From Octopus sinensis (lineage: Eukaryota), in assembly GCF_006345805.1 (NCBI RefSeq), contig NC_043017.1, positions 18,972,001 through 19,036,000 of the forward strand: a DNA stretch of 64,000 nt, written 5' to 3'. Within the stretch, counting starts at the first letter, position 1; each line of letters opens with the position of its first letter. This document shows, one piece after another, positions 52,609 through 64,000 of this stretch. The notes beneath the pieces were generated by a model, which had not been told where the DNA came from, searched no databases, and saw only the letters and a list, made by a program, of their open reading frames with translations. A program made the position numbers and the translations under genes.

Positions 52609-53723
52609 GTTTCTTTATTAGCCACACAGGGCTGCACACAGATAGAACAAATTACAAGGTAGAGCTTTTCTTTTGAAGGTATTAAAAAAAAAAAAAAAAA
52701 AAAAAAAAGGAAGGGGGAGGTTCGATCAAAAGGGATCGTAAAAGGAGAGAAAGAGGACAAAAATAAGGGGGGTTAAAAAAAAAAAAAAAAGGGGGGGGGG
52801 GGAGAGGAAAAAAAAATGATCAATAGGGATCGTTATCACAGAAATGTCAATATGAAGTGTAAAGGGGAGGACAGGTGAGGTTTACCCGTGGAAAGAAAAG
52901 CCTGCGGAAAAGACCACGGTAACCTCGGTCAATGAAGTCACATTTTATATTTCTTTTTTTTTTTTTTTTTTTTTTTTTTGCAAATAAGCAACTCTCTGTT
53001 TTCGATTTCTGGGTTCATAGGACTATGCTCAAGGTGGCTTCGTCATTCATACGTGCCATTCTTGCTACATTCACCCATCTTTTTTTAAAACATTCGCTAG
53101 ACAAAACTTGCCTCTCTACTCTCACTTTCCTTTTCAAGTGGTACTTGAAGAAGTTGATGAGAGATTGACCAGAGAGGAAAGTGTTTGTCTCCAATCCTTT
53201 CAGACGCGTCCACCAGATACATTCTTTCGCCATAGCCACAAGGATGATGAAAATAGCTCTTCCTTCCCGTTTGAAGGAAGGAGGCGTGACAATATTGACG
53301 ATAGACTCAGCTGATAAACCGACTCGTCCCACACGTGACACCAGTTGTTCGACATAAGCCCACAGGTCGGAAATTGTTGGACACTGAACGAGTGCGTGCA
53401 GAACGGTTTCGTCGCTCTGACCGCATCTCGGGCAGGTCGGCCCCGTGTTTCTCGAGCCGTGTCTGTAGAGCTTATCCCGAACGGGTAGCGCTTCTCGGTA
53501 GCACTGCCAGGCCAGGGATCTCTGGAAGTTGTCCATGGGCCCTGGCCCGAAAGTCGTCCCGAACAGGCGGGTCAGGTACTCCTCGTCGACGTCCAGGTTC
53601 GCCCCGAGCTCGTCGTCGTACCTCCCCTCCACTAAACCCCTATAGAATGCTTTGGTTGTGTTGAAGTCACTTAAGGTCGACCCAGGACGGCAGAGTTGCT
53701 TGAGAGCAACGCGACACTCGCGG
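52609..53723 (-). mobile_element. 5'-truncated L1/Tx1-clade LINE (zf-RVT region and 3' UTR)
   Basis: LAWQCYREALPVRDKL...CPRCGQSDETVLHALVQC zinc-knuckle region; 3' end AATAAAGAAAC; (AGAT)n on both sides. Confidence 0.82.
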
Positions 53724-53810
<87 letters not shown>

Positions 53811-54438
53811 CTAGATAGATATCTTTTATCTTCTACTTGTTTTAGTGATTGGCTATGTGTGATGCATACAGGGTAGAGACTTTGGTAATGTTCTTCATTT
53901 TGTTTCCTCATAACTTTCAGAGAAACTGGGATTTGTTCATGAATTTTTTCTTTTACAAATACCTTTCAGTTGATGTCGATTGGGATCATATCAAAATTAC
54001 GCATGAAAAACAATGACTGCTGGGTGCGCGGACATACAAACTGGTTTACATCATATATATACATTTACAAAAGGAAATTTAAAACTTCGAAAAAATTCCG
54101 AGATATGTTAGTATGTGAGCACACCCACCTATTTCCTCCTATCTTTTTTTTTTTTTGCACGTTAAATTCCGAAATAATCGTAATCTACACCATCTGAAAA
54201 ATATTTGTAGAAATTTTTATCATAAAATATGCATTTTTTGGAAAGTTATGAAGACACAAATTCGGCAGGGGTGGGCACTATATGTACAAATGCTAGCAAG
54301 ATCACCGTAGGGACTAGCATCATACGTAAAGACACATGCTCTAAAGTTAGAAAATGAAAAATACTGAAAATAAAATACGTTACTTTTACTTCATGTGTGA
54401 TCGTATATTTAAGATTCATATTCTTTAATTTATTCAAG

Positions 54439-54958
54439 ACTAGCAGTATCGCCCGGCGTTGCTCGGGTTTGTAAGGGAAATAACTATATAAGCATTTTTA
54501 GAGAGTTACTTCCTTTATAGATGCCAATTCGGGCTTTCTTAGCCATTTCTGTTTTGGTGTCTTCAAGCCATGAAGTCGTTGTTCTAAAAGAACGCTGGTC
54601 TCCTTGACAACGCATTACGACGTTGATTTCCTTAAACTCCCTTACCCACAGCTTCACGAGGGAGGGAAGAAGGGGGAGAAGCAAACACAGGTGCAGGTGT
54701 TTGAGCGTGGACGCCAACTCCGCCGCCATCGACACACGAAAAATTATGCATTAAAATGGAATAAAAAAATGATGTTAAATTATTTTTAAAATCGTAGACT
54801 CATCGTAGACGCGCGCTAATAGCCAGACGGGCTCGATATTAATCACGACTATAAGATACCCGAATTTGGTTAAACTGCACCGCAAAATGTGGGAGGAGTT
54901 AGGAATCTAAATTGTAGGAGACAGACACTCACACAACTACAGTTTTATATATATAGAT
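54439..54958. mobile_element. HINE/DINE-1-like element
   Basis: Near-identical to 28658-29172. Confidence 0.7.
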
Positions 54959-55089
54959 ATCTCTAATTTTTAAGTTTGAAGGAAATATTTTTATAAAATT
55001 ATATTTTTACTCTTCTACTTGTTTCGGTCATTTGACTGCGGCCATGCTGGAGCACCGCCTTTAGTCGAACAAATCGATCCCAGGACTTA

Positions 55090-55720
55090 TTCAGGGGAAC
55101 CGCTCACAGCCTCTAACAATATCAGAGACCTGGGCGTAATTGTTGATGACAATCTCAGTTGGAGTGCCCACATCAACAATAAGGTCGATATGGCTCGTAG
55201 GATGAGTTCCTGGATCTTAAGAACCTTCTGGTCCAGAGAACAAGGTGTCATCATACCACTTTTCTCCTCCTTTGTACAACCACACCTCGAATACTGCTGC
55301 CCACTGTGGTCTCCCCATACAAGACAAAACATCTCGAGGATTGAATCACCCCAGAGGGCACTCACTAAACTAATTGAAGGCATGGCTGCTCTCGATTATT
55401 GGGACCGCCTTAAAGCCTTGAAACTCTACTCTCTCCAGCGCCACCGCGAGCAGTACATCATTTGTACGGTGTGGAGGACATACCGCCAACTTTGCCCAAA
55501 CGACCTGAACATTAGTTTCAAGGTTCATCCAAGACTGGGACCACGGGCCATACGTCCCCTGCCCAATTCAGGATCACAGCATATAGGCACACTGCAGCAT
55601 AGTTTCTTTTCCTCAACGGGCCCGAAAGAGATCAAAGAGGAAAAGGATCCCATCACCTTTAAACAGAGTCTGGATAGATTTGTAGAGCTCGACGAGGACG
55701 TCCTGCAGACTCTGGTGGAA
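55090..55720 (+). mobile_element. CR1-clade LINE C-terminal fragment
   Basis: IRDLGVIVDDNLSWSAHI...VQPHLEYCCPLWSP...LDYWDRLKALKLYSLQRHRE. Confidence 0.85.
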
Positions 55721-55721
55721 T

Positions 55722-56228
55722 AAAATCCTATTGTAACTGTTCAGAAACCTGTAAAGAAGCTTGAATTTGGTCATTTAACCATTCATCGACATCTGCATGC
55801 CATCGGAAAAGTCAGCAAATTTGGTCAATGTACACCTCACAAACTGTACGAGTCTAATGCTCGGTCACATACAACGAGGGTGTCATTCCAAAGGCTGGAG
55901 CAGTTTGAATGGGAAATGATGTCCCACCCACCATATTCGCCGGACATTGCCCCATCTCTGATTATCATTTATTCCGCAGTCTTCAAAATCATTTGGACGG
56001 AAAAAATAATGAATTCTGTAGATGAGGTCAGAACAGTACTGAAGAAGTAATTTTCGTCACGGACAAGTGAATTTTGGAAGGGAAGCCTTGCAAGTCTACT
56101 AGATAGATGGAAGAGCATTGCAGAAATGAAGGAGAGTATATTTTAGATTAGAAAAGAACTTTGCTTATCTTAATTTTGAAAGATAAAAAAGGTATTAAAA
56201 AGACCGCATTGTTTATGGGATGACCCAA
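55722..56228 (+). mobile_element. Mariner 3' remnant
   Basis: HPPYSPDIAP / DYHLFRSLQNHL motif and right TIR TTATGGGATGACCCAA followed by TA. Confidence 0.8.
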
Positions 56229-56254
56229 TATGTGTGTGTGTGTGTGTGTGTGTG

Positions 56255-56334
<80 letters not shown>

Positions 56335-56396
56335 GTGTGTGTGTGTGTGTGTATAATGAAAAATACACATTGTGTACATGACATTACCAATGAGTG

Positions 56397-56435
<39 letters not shown>

Positions 56436-56706
56436 AAACTGAGAATTTGTGTCTGTGTGCATCACTAAAACTCGAGAACTACCCAACCGATTTCATTCAA
56501 ATCTTACATATGCCTTACTTAGGGTCCATGCAGTGTCATGGGCTAAAAAAAACTTTCAACTTCTTGCCTAATGCGAGTCCGGAGCAATCTATTATCTCTT
56601 ACGCTATTTCAGTATTACGCGTCAAAAGTGAAACAATACTATCTCGATTTTAACGTAAGATAATACTTTCAGTTTTAATAGGTTTCACTATTAATACTTT
56701 CACGTA

Positions 56707-56773
<67 letters not shown>

Positions 56774-56911
56774 GATATATATATATAGATATATATATAT
56801 ATAAATTTATATATTAATTTTATTTCTATTACTTTCACTATGTATTTATATACATGTTTGTGTGTGTATGTGTATAGATGTATATATATATATGTATATA
56901 TTTATATATAT

Positions 56912-57313
56912 TCTTTTACTTGTTTCAGTCATTTGCCGGCGGCCATGCTGGAGCACCGCCTTTAGTCGAGCAACTCGATCCCGGGACTTAGTCTTTGCAA
57001 GCCCAGTACTTATTCTATCGGTCTCTTTTGCCGAACCGCTAGGTGACGGGGACATAAACACACCAGCATCGGTTGTCAAGCAATGCTAGGGGGACAAATA
57101 CAGACACACAAACACACACGCACATACATATATATATATATATACATATATACGACGGGCTTCTTTCAGTTTCCGTCTACCAAATCCACTCACAAGGCTT
57201 CGGTCGGCCCGAGGCTATAGAAGAAGACACTTGCCCAAGGCGCCACGCAGTGGGACTGAACCCGGGACCATTTGGTTGGTTAGCAAGCTACTAACCACAC
57301 AGCCACTCCTGCC
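56912..57313 (-). mobile_element. SINE family B, full length
   Basis: Near-identical to 26231-26616. Confidence 0.82.
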
Positions 57314-57454
57314 ATAATATATATATATTAATTTTATTTCTATTACTTTCACTATGTATTTATATACATGTTTGTGTGTGTATGTGTATAGATGTATATA
57401 TATGTATATATTTATATATATATATATATGTATATATTTATATATACATATGTA

Positions 57455-57486
<32 letters not shown>

Positions 57487-59278
57487 AAAAATTTAGCAAT
57501 TAAGGACAACTACTTAATAAGGAAAACTTAACAAGAAATTGTCAGGTAGATAGCGTAAAAACCTCATAAGAGAAAAAATTTCGAAAAAAATTATTTCTTA
57601 TTGAACATATTAATTTATATATAGAGGGCATTATACATACATGTATGTATGTATAATGCCCTCTATATATAAATTATATATATATATATATAAATCCTTA
57701 AAATCCTTAAAAATGTTTTAGCCCGAAGGCTATATATGCATATATATATATTATGTATTTATATATATATATGTGTATATATATAGTAGATAAACTTAAC
57801 TATGTATACACACACACACACACATATGTATACGATGGGATGTCGAAAAATTCCTGGTGTAAGGGTATCGCCAAAGGCCTGGTTGGAAGCCCAACCTTCT
57901 GAGTTTTTTACAGAGCTTAAAAATACTGAAAGATACGTGTGCGAATCTGAGATGGGAATATGCTAAATAAAACCATAATTAACTGATCCTCCTGTATTTT
58001 CTTTTACTCAAAGCACTTCTCGTACATACATGCATACATACATACATACATACATACATACATACATACATACATACATACATACATACATACATACATA
58101 CATACATACATACATACATACATACATACACACGCACGCACTCCTACACAAATTCATAAGCATAGTATTACTAATTAAAAAAAAAAAACTTTTATTGTGA
58201 TGGATTTTTCATGTACAATTAAAATATTTTTGTTTGTAGCTATATTGAAAATATATTTTCGCTAATAATTATAGTAAAAATGCTATATTTCTCCATAAAT
58301 GAGAAAAGGTTAAATTGACAAAAAGTTTTCAACAGTTTCAAGAAAATCGGTCTTAAAATATAATTTATATCTTAAGAACCTTTTATTTTAATAAATAGCA
58401 AATAGGAGTCAAGTTAATAATTAATGCAATAAAGTTTTAACTTTTCTCCTTTACTTTTGTATTTTAATATTTTCGATGTTTTATATTGTTTCATACTGTA
58501 GTTAAGATTATGATATTTTGGTGGTAAATATTTTATTTCGATTAACTTATTAAAAAGAACAGTATTTATATTGCTAGTCCTCTTACCTTCGCAACACGAA
58601 GTTACCGAATTCTTAATTAAATTGTCCAATAATTAATTTATTAGCTTGTAATTAATATTTTGATGTGTCTTCTTAAGTAATCAGTTAGCAATTAATTTCT
58701 TGACTGAAAGAAAGATTATGCGAGTTAAACTACCTGCCGAAAACGCGGCAAAACAAACTTATATAATTTAATCTAATTATTAAAACTCTAAAATCAAAAT
58801 ACAACTACGATAATGATTCGATTTACAATATATATTGTATTATTTGACAATAATATTTTAATTTTATTTACATCCAAACAAAACTTTCCAATATGTTGCT
58901 TACGGTTGTTGATGGCTGCAACCGTAACTCTGACGTGTGTTACCTGCTCAAATACAAACGACAATATCATCTAAATAATAAACTTATTTTTTCAAAATTA
59001 TGTTATGAATATTTAGAATAGGATCTCATCTTAATTTCTGGTCACGAAAAATGTATACTTTTAAATAAATTATGGAATTTTATTTAAAATTTCACAAGTA
59101 ATCATGTTGTGAGCAGTATGAGTTGTCTACATATAAAATGCTTTCTAACTATAATTCGTCATATAAAAACTTGGAAAAACACATGGAATGATAGAACAAA
59201 GTGTTTTCTTTTATTTTGTCAAAAAATTGCCGAATAAAGATACATTTTAATATCCGAACTGGTTAATTTTGTAAGGCT

Positions 59279-59373
59279 GGTAAACACATTTCATTGAAAA
59301 CGTTCACTGTTAACGTTGTGCATATCAACAGCAACCGGGTGACTTCTACTACGTCGGCGCGTTTGCTATAAAT
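59279..59373 (+). promoter_or_regulatory. H1b promoter: AC-box, CTACTACGTCGG element, TATA
   Basis: GGTAAACACAT 59279-59289, CTACTACGTCGGCGC 59346-59360, TATAAAT 59367-59373. Confidence 0.8.
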
Positions 59374-59463
59374 CGCCAGCCGTAACTCTGCCCATTCATA
59401 TCACACGTTTGACATTCGCTCAGTAAATATAATCGTTTTCTCTGTAAACCACAATCTACCACA

Positions 59464-59994
59464 ATGACTGAGAAAGCCGCTAAGAAGAAAGTACCACCCA
59501 AACATCCCAAATTCAAGGAGATGATTAAAGCTGCCATAACAGCTCTTAAAGAGAGGAACGGTAGCTCTCGAGCCAGCATTGCAAAGCACATATTGGCAAA
59601 CAACAACGTCGAGAATAACACTCAGTTCCTGAGCAACTTGAGGCTTGCTTTGAGACATGGTGTTGATGGGGGTTCCCTGATCCAGACTAAAGGCTCCGGT
59701 GCTTCTGGTTCTTTCAAGGTAGCTAAATCCGACAAGGCTAAGAAACCTGCGAAGCCTAAGGGAGCTGCTAAGAAGAAAGTGGCTGCCAAGAAGAAGCCCA
59801 GTGGCAAGAAAGGTGCTGCTGCTAAAAAGGCAAAGGCCACAAAAACAGCAAAACCCAAGGGTGCCAAGTCGCCAGCTAAAAAGAAGCCAGCAGCTAAGAA
59901 GACACCTAAGAAAGCTCCCGCAAAGAAGGCTCCCGCAAAGAAGCCTGTTGCTAAGAAAACCAAGCCTGCCAAGAAAGCCGCTGCTAAGAAGTAA
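59464..59994 (+). CDS. H1: Linker histone H1 (H1b, 176 aa)
   Basis: Globular domain HPKFKEMIKAAI..LKERNGSSRASIAKHI...QTKGSGASGSFKV, K/A/P-rich tail, intronless, TATA box and stem-loop. Confidence 0.96.
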   Translation: MTEKAAKKKVPPKHPKFKEMIKAAITALKERNGSSRASIAKHILANNNVENNTQFLSNLRLALRHGVDGGSLIQTKGSGASGSFKVAKSDKAKKPAKPKGAAKKKVAAKKKPSGKKGAAAKKAKATKTAKPKGAKSPAKKKPAAKKTPKKAPAKKAPAKKPVAKKTKPAKKAAAKK

Positions 59995-60027
59995 ATTGAG
60001 CAAGCGTTTTATTTTCCACAACTCAAA

Positions 60028-60043
60028 GGCCCTTTTTAGGGCC
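60028..60043 (+). terminator. Histone 3' stem-loop of H1b
   Basis: GGCCCT-TTTT-AGGGCC, 33 nt after the stop codon. Confidence 0.92.
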
Positions 60044-61604
60044 ATTATTCCCTCTTGATAGTCATCTTAGGGCAGTCACGATGTGCTTTTCTCCCTCGCA
60101 AGAGTTTTCTGTTACATTTTCTTTTGTGTTATGTCGTTAGCTCGGTCATTACTCGTTCATTTTTCTATTCCCTCTATTACTAGTTTTCTATTTGTTTGCA
60201 TCTATTTGTTTCTGTCTCATGTTCACCAATTTCGTAATGTTTTGGTGTTGGGTCAGGTTTTCGCATGCGATTTAGTGTTGTCCTTTCTGGCTTTCTTTCG
60301 TCCACCTCCCAATCTTAATATTTCAGGTCTTGTGATTGAGTTTTCGGTCATCAGGCTTTAGTTGACATTTGGGAGCAAATGCAGATTTTTACCACTTACA
60401 TGTTGTGATATTTAGCTAATGCCGTGTCCCTTCATAAGGTAGTCATAGCCTGGTCCATCTCATTTGCGTCGCAATACTAGGATTTGTGTATATTACTGGG
60501 TTAAGTATTATCTTGGTTTGTGCGATCGGAAATTTTAGGTGCTATGGAATTGCGGCAACATTAGGCTGCTATGTCTAGTACGACTATTTGGTCTCTTTCA
60601 GTTGGCGGTAACAGCTAAACGTGTCGTTAACCGTCTGAAGTCTATTTGAAAAACCTTCAGATGGTTCCCAGTTTTTCTTAACTGCTCTGGTGAGAAGGAT
60701 AACTTGAACCCTTAACCAGATAACGAATGCCGTTACTTCCATCCTAGAGGTCTGTTCCATAACTATCGGTATTTAAACAGGCAGATTGTTCCGAAGTCCC
60801 ATACACTATTTGGGGGCGAAAAGTTCGGAAATCGGGAGCAAATATTTATTGCCTGTCACAATTCTACAAAATAAAGGAAAATGTGGTGTTGGATGGGAAT
60901 GCTGTTCCGAATTTCATATTTCCTTGAATCTATCGTTATAAAAAATATTGCTGTGAAATTTAATTTAAATTTATTTCACGTGGTGTCAATTTTTATTACT
61001 CCTAAAGCCATCGTTTATCTGAAATTTATTTTTCGCGGCTAAAAGCAGACCCCTATAGGGCTGCATTCACTATACAAATCTATAATTCGTTTCATGTCTA
61101 ACAGTCAAATTAGCTGTGTCCGCCCACTTTCTATTGTAGCTTATGTTTTTTAGCTCCTTAAGCTTAACCTCCGGGGTCCGCCACTTTAATTAATGAAGAT
61201 GACTGCTTTACTTATGTGGCATACTAATAACCTGCTAGAAATAACAAGGAATATGTTCATTCTCCCACACATTCCAACCGCCAAAGTAATTCGAAAAAGA
61301 TAAAAAAGGCGGGACGTTTTCCTCTAGGGTATGTCTGATCAGGCTGACTGGGTTAAGTCACTCTGTTCAGCAACACGTTTCCTGCTTCTAGCTTTGTTAC
61401 GCTCTCATGCAGCAGGTAACCGTTCCCTGACTTTAAAGCGCGGAAGCCGGTTTTTCAAATTCTCCGAAGCAGTTTTTATTTGTTTCGCCCATTTGGGCTG
61501 CTATAAAGGGTAAGCTTATAGTCGAGCAAATTCGCCTCGGTTCTTATTCTATTATTGGTCTCTTTACAGGGATGTAAGCAAACCGACCATGAGTGTCTGA
61601 CAAT

Positions 61605-61613
61605 GGTGATTAC

Positions 61614-61666
<53 letters not shown>

Positions 61667-61672
61667 TGTATG

Positions 61673-61704
<32 letters not shown>

Positions 61705-61811
61705 TGTATATATATGTATGTATGTATGTATATATATGTATGTATGTATATATATGTATGTATGTATGTATATATATTATATGTATATATATATATGTAT
61801 GTATGTATATG

Positions 61812-61843
<32 letters not shown>

Positions 61844-61989
61844 TATGTATTATATATATGTATGTATATATATATATGTATATGTATGTATATATAATAT
61901 ATATGTATGTATATATATATATATGTATATATATAATATATGTATATATATATATATGTATATATATATATGTATATGTATGTATATAT

Positions 61990-62026
<37 letters not shown>

Positions 62027-62035
62027 GTATGTATG

Positions 62036-62067
<32 letters not shown>

Positions 62068-62073
62068 TGTATG

Positions 62074-62122
<49 letters not shown>

Positions 62123-62160
62123 GTATGTATGTATATATATATGTATGTATATATAATATA
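61605..62160. repeat. Compound (TA)n/(TATG)n microsatellite
   Basis: Direct reading. Other tracts include (TG)n 56230-56352, (TACA)n 58020-58130 and (TA)n near 17925, 19460, 51070 and 56710. Confidence 0.95.
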
Positions 62161-62161
62161 T

Positions 62162-62371
62162 GGTACTACTAGCGTACAGTGGTCCCGGTGCGCGTACTCG
62201 CGTCTCCGGGCTAGCTAGTCATAAGTAGTCGATCCTACGACTAACTAGCAAAGTAAATAAAACACAATAAATTATTTTTTTAAACAGTAACAGAAATACA
62301 AAGTAAGGATCGACTGGTCATGACTAGCTTGCGCGTGTGTGCGCACCGGGACCACTGATCGCTAATGGTAC
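62162..62371. mobile_element. MITE-like element with imperfect TIRs
   Basis: GGTAC..TAGCG..CAGTGGTCCCGGTGCGC ... GCGCACCGGGACCACTG..CGCTA..GGTACC; related interior sequence at about 28515-28600. Confidence 0.65.
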
Positions 62372-63474
62372 CTATATATATATGTATATATACGAAAGCC
62401 TTCCACCTGCCATCTTCACATGCAAGGCATTCATCGACCCAGAGCTTATGCGGCACTTGTCCAAAGTGCCGTACAGTGGGACTTAACTAGTTGCTGCAAA
62501 GCCATACCTGCATCTTCTCTAATTACAGATAATAATCTCTATCGCCTTAATTGTATTAAGAAAGAATTGTCTTTAGATTGAAGATTGGATAATATATATA
62601 AGCCCTATTTTTATTTTAATGGCAATTAACAAATTTCTATAAAAAGACCTTATCTCACGGAGCCTTTATAACAGGTTAGCCCTTACCATAGTGATCCTCG
62701 TCATTTTTTGTTTACTAGGTAGAGGAAAAAGTTCGTGCACTGTGTTAAAATAATGGACTGAATGAACAACACTCACCATAGATATATTAAAAAGCATTAT
62801 TTTAACACGGCGCGCGAACTTTGTCTTCAACCTAATAATATATCTGGAAATGAAGAGAACAGGGCATGGCATTTTTAGGGAATATTTATTTACCTAGCAG
62901 CTCGGATGTACCGGGTAGAACTCTGTTTTTTAAGCACTTGAATTGTGAACACTTGATGCTGAACAAAGGGATTTTGCCACCCGACTCGCGTGTACGGGAT
63001 GCCCTCTTGATTTTATTAGTAAAGAAAAATACAAATGAAGAGAAATAAGCAGGCAGTATTAAAGTATGGTCAAAATTGTCACCAGTAGGGAGCAAACCTA
63101 CCTGTTGGTAATAAGTAAAAGGGGATATTGAATATTTATGATGGGGCGAATATTCGAATGACTGAAAACATTGTTTATTGTGGTAGGTATATTTCAAGTC
63201 TCAGACGTGTGTGAGTGTATATATTAGAGCTTTTTGGGTCTTATTTCTAGCAATGTAGGTATTAGAACACAATTGTCATATTTAGAGACGATTGTAGATT
63301 TCCTTTTTGGTAACAAGTTACATACGGCTGTCTATATTATATATATGTGTGTGTGTGTATCCTATATATATTTTCATATATAAATATATGTATGTATAAG
63401 AAGTATTGGTGTCAAGAAGACCCAAAGGTGTCAGGTAACGCTAAGTGCTATATATATGTGTGTGTGTGTGTATG

Positions 63475-63551
<77 letters not shown>

Positions 63552-64000
63552 CAAAGATCGATAATTACATTAACGATCTTTTCCCTATTTATATAAATGT
63601 ATATACATATATGTGTGTGTGTGCGCGCGTATGAAACTTTTACGACAATCTTGTGGTCCGACTCTTTATTTGAATAAATTTCATCTCATTCGCCTAAATC
63701 TTTCTGCCGATGAAATTATTATTGTTTGTTGAGTATAATACTTGACTTCTGACTTAGGTAGGGTGACGAGATTTTATGTGAAATATCTGGAGTGGTGGAT
63801 CTTCAGGTGCCGCAGTAAAAACATTTTTTCGGATGGGGTCAGAGTGCGGTCAGGTCACAACCACCATCATCATTATCCTTCGATCACCTATTTACTGACT
63901 GGTACAACTACTGTCACCACCACCGTTCAGAGTAACCTCTACCAGTTCGTTCGCCTTGTTAGAAATAGCAGACATGTGTCCTTAAATCACACTCTCCCGC

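Noticed and set aside
53335-53664. GC-rich 109-aa plus-strand ORF
   Set aside because: Antisense to the LINE ORF; no independent support.
57612-57675. Palindrome of about 64 bp
   Set aside because: Mostly TA/TACA simple repeat; likely a local fold-back with no further support.
59401-60058. Antisense and alternate-frame ORFs over H1b (214, 116, 85 aa)
   Set aside because: Shadows of Lys/Ala/Pro codon bias; the same holds for 44216-44763 over H1a and 37009-37260 over the chimera.
61555-62218. ORFs of 83-205 aa rich in Y/I/M/C/V
   Set aside because: Microsatellite translations; the same applies to ORFs near 19300-19640, 50810-51330, 56148-56486 and 63347-63634.

Overview
AT-rich, repeat-dense eukaryotic DNA. 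The tandem effector-less C2H2 zinc-finger genes, the SINE/LINE complement and the microsatellite load suggest a coleoid cephalopod, probably Octopus (inference, not a database match). Left half (2-32 kb): five co-oriented poly-C2H2 genes (12, 12, 17, 12 and 10 intact fingers). Each has a single-exon CDS, a predicted non-coding first exon and the same upstream motif GCGCATGYTCAACCGGATAT. Right half: two divergently oriented stem-loop histone H1 genes (44.2-44.8 kb minus, 59.5-60.0 kb plus) and a duplicated H1 3' flank. At the H1 position of the duplicate lies an open 181-aa chimeric ORF: a mariner transposase DNA-binding domain fused to an H1 tail that is frameshifted from Lys-rich to Glu-rich and has lost its histone stem-loop. 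Also present: an inverted pair of hammerhead-ribozyme motifs (34.1-34.4 kb), two long foldback palindromes just upstream of a ZNF promoter motif, a Tx1/L1-like LINE inserted in a GATA array and sharing its 3' tail with a local SINE family, and remnants of RTE, CR1, CRE-like, Penelope, Tc1/mariner and Helentron-like elements. All alignments and folds were done by eye; repeat boundaries are approximate.
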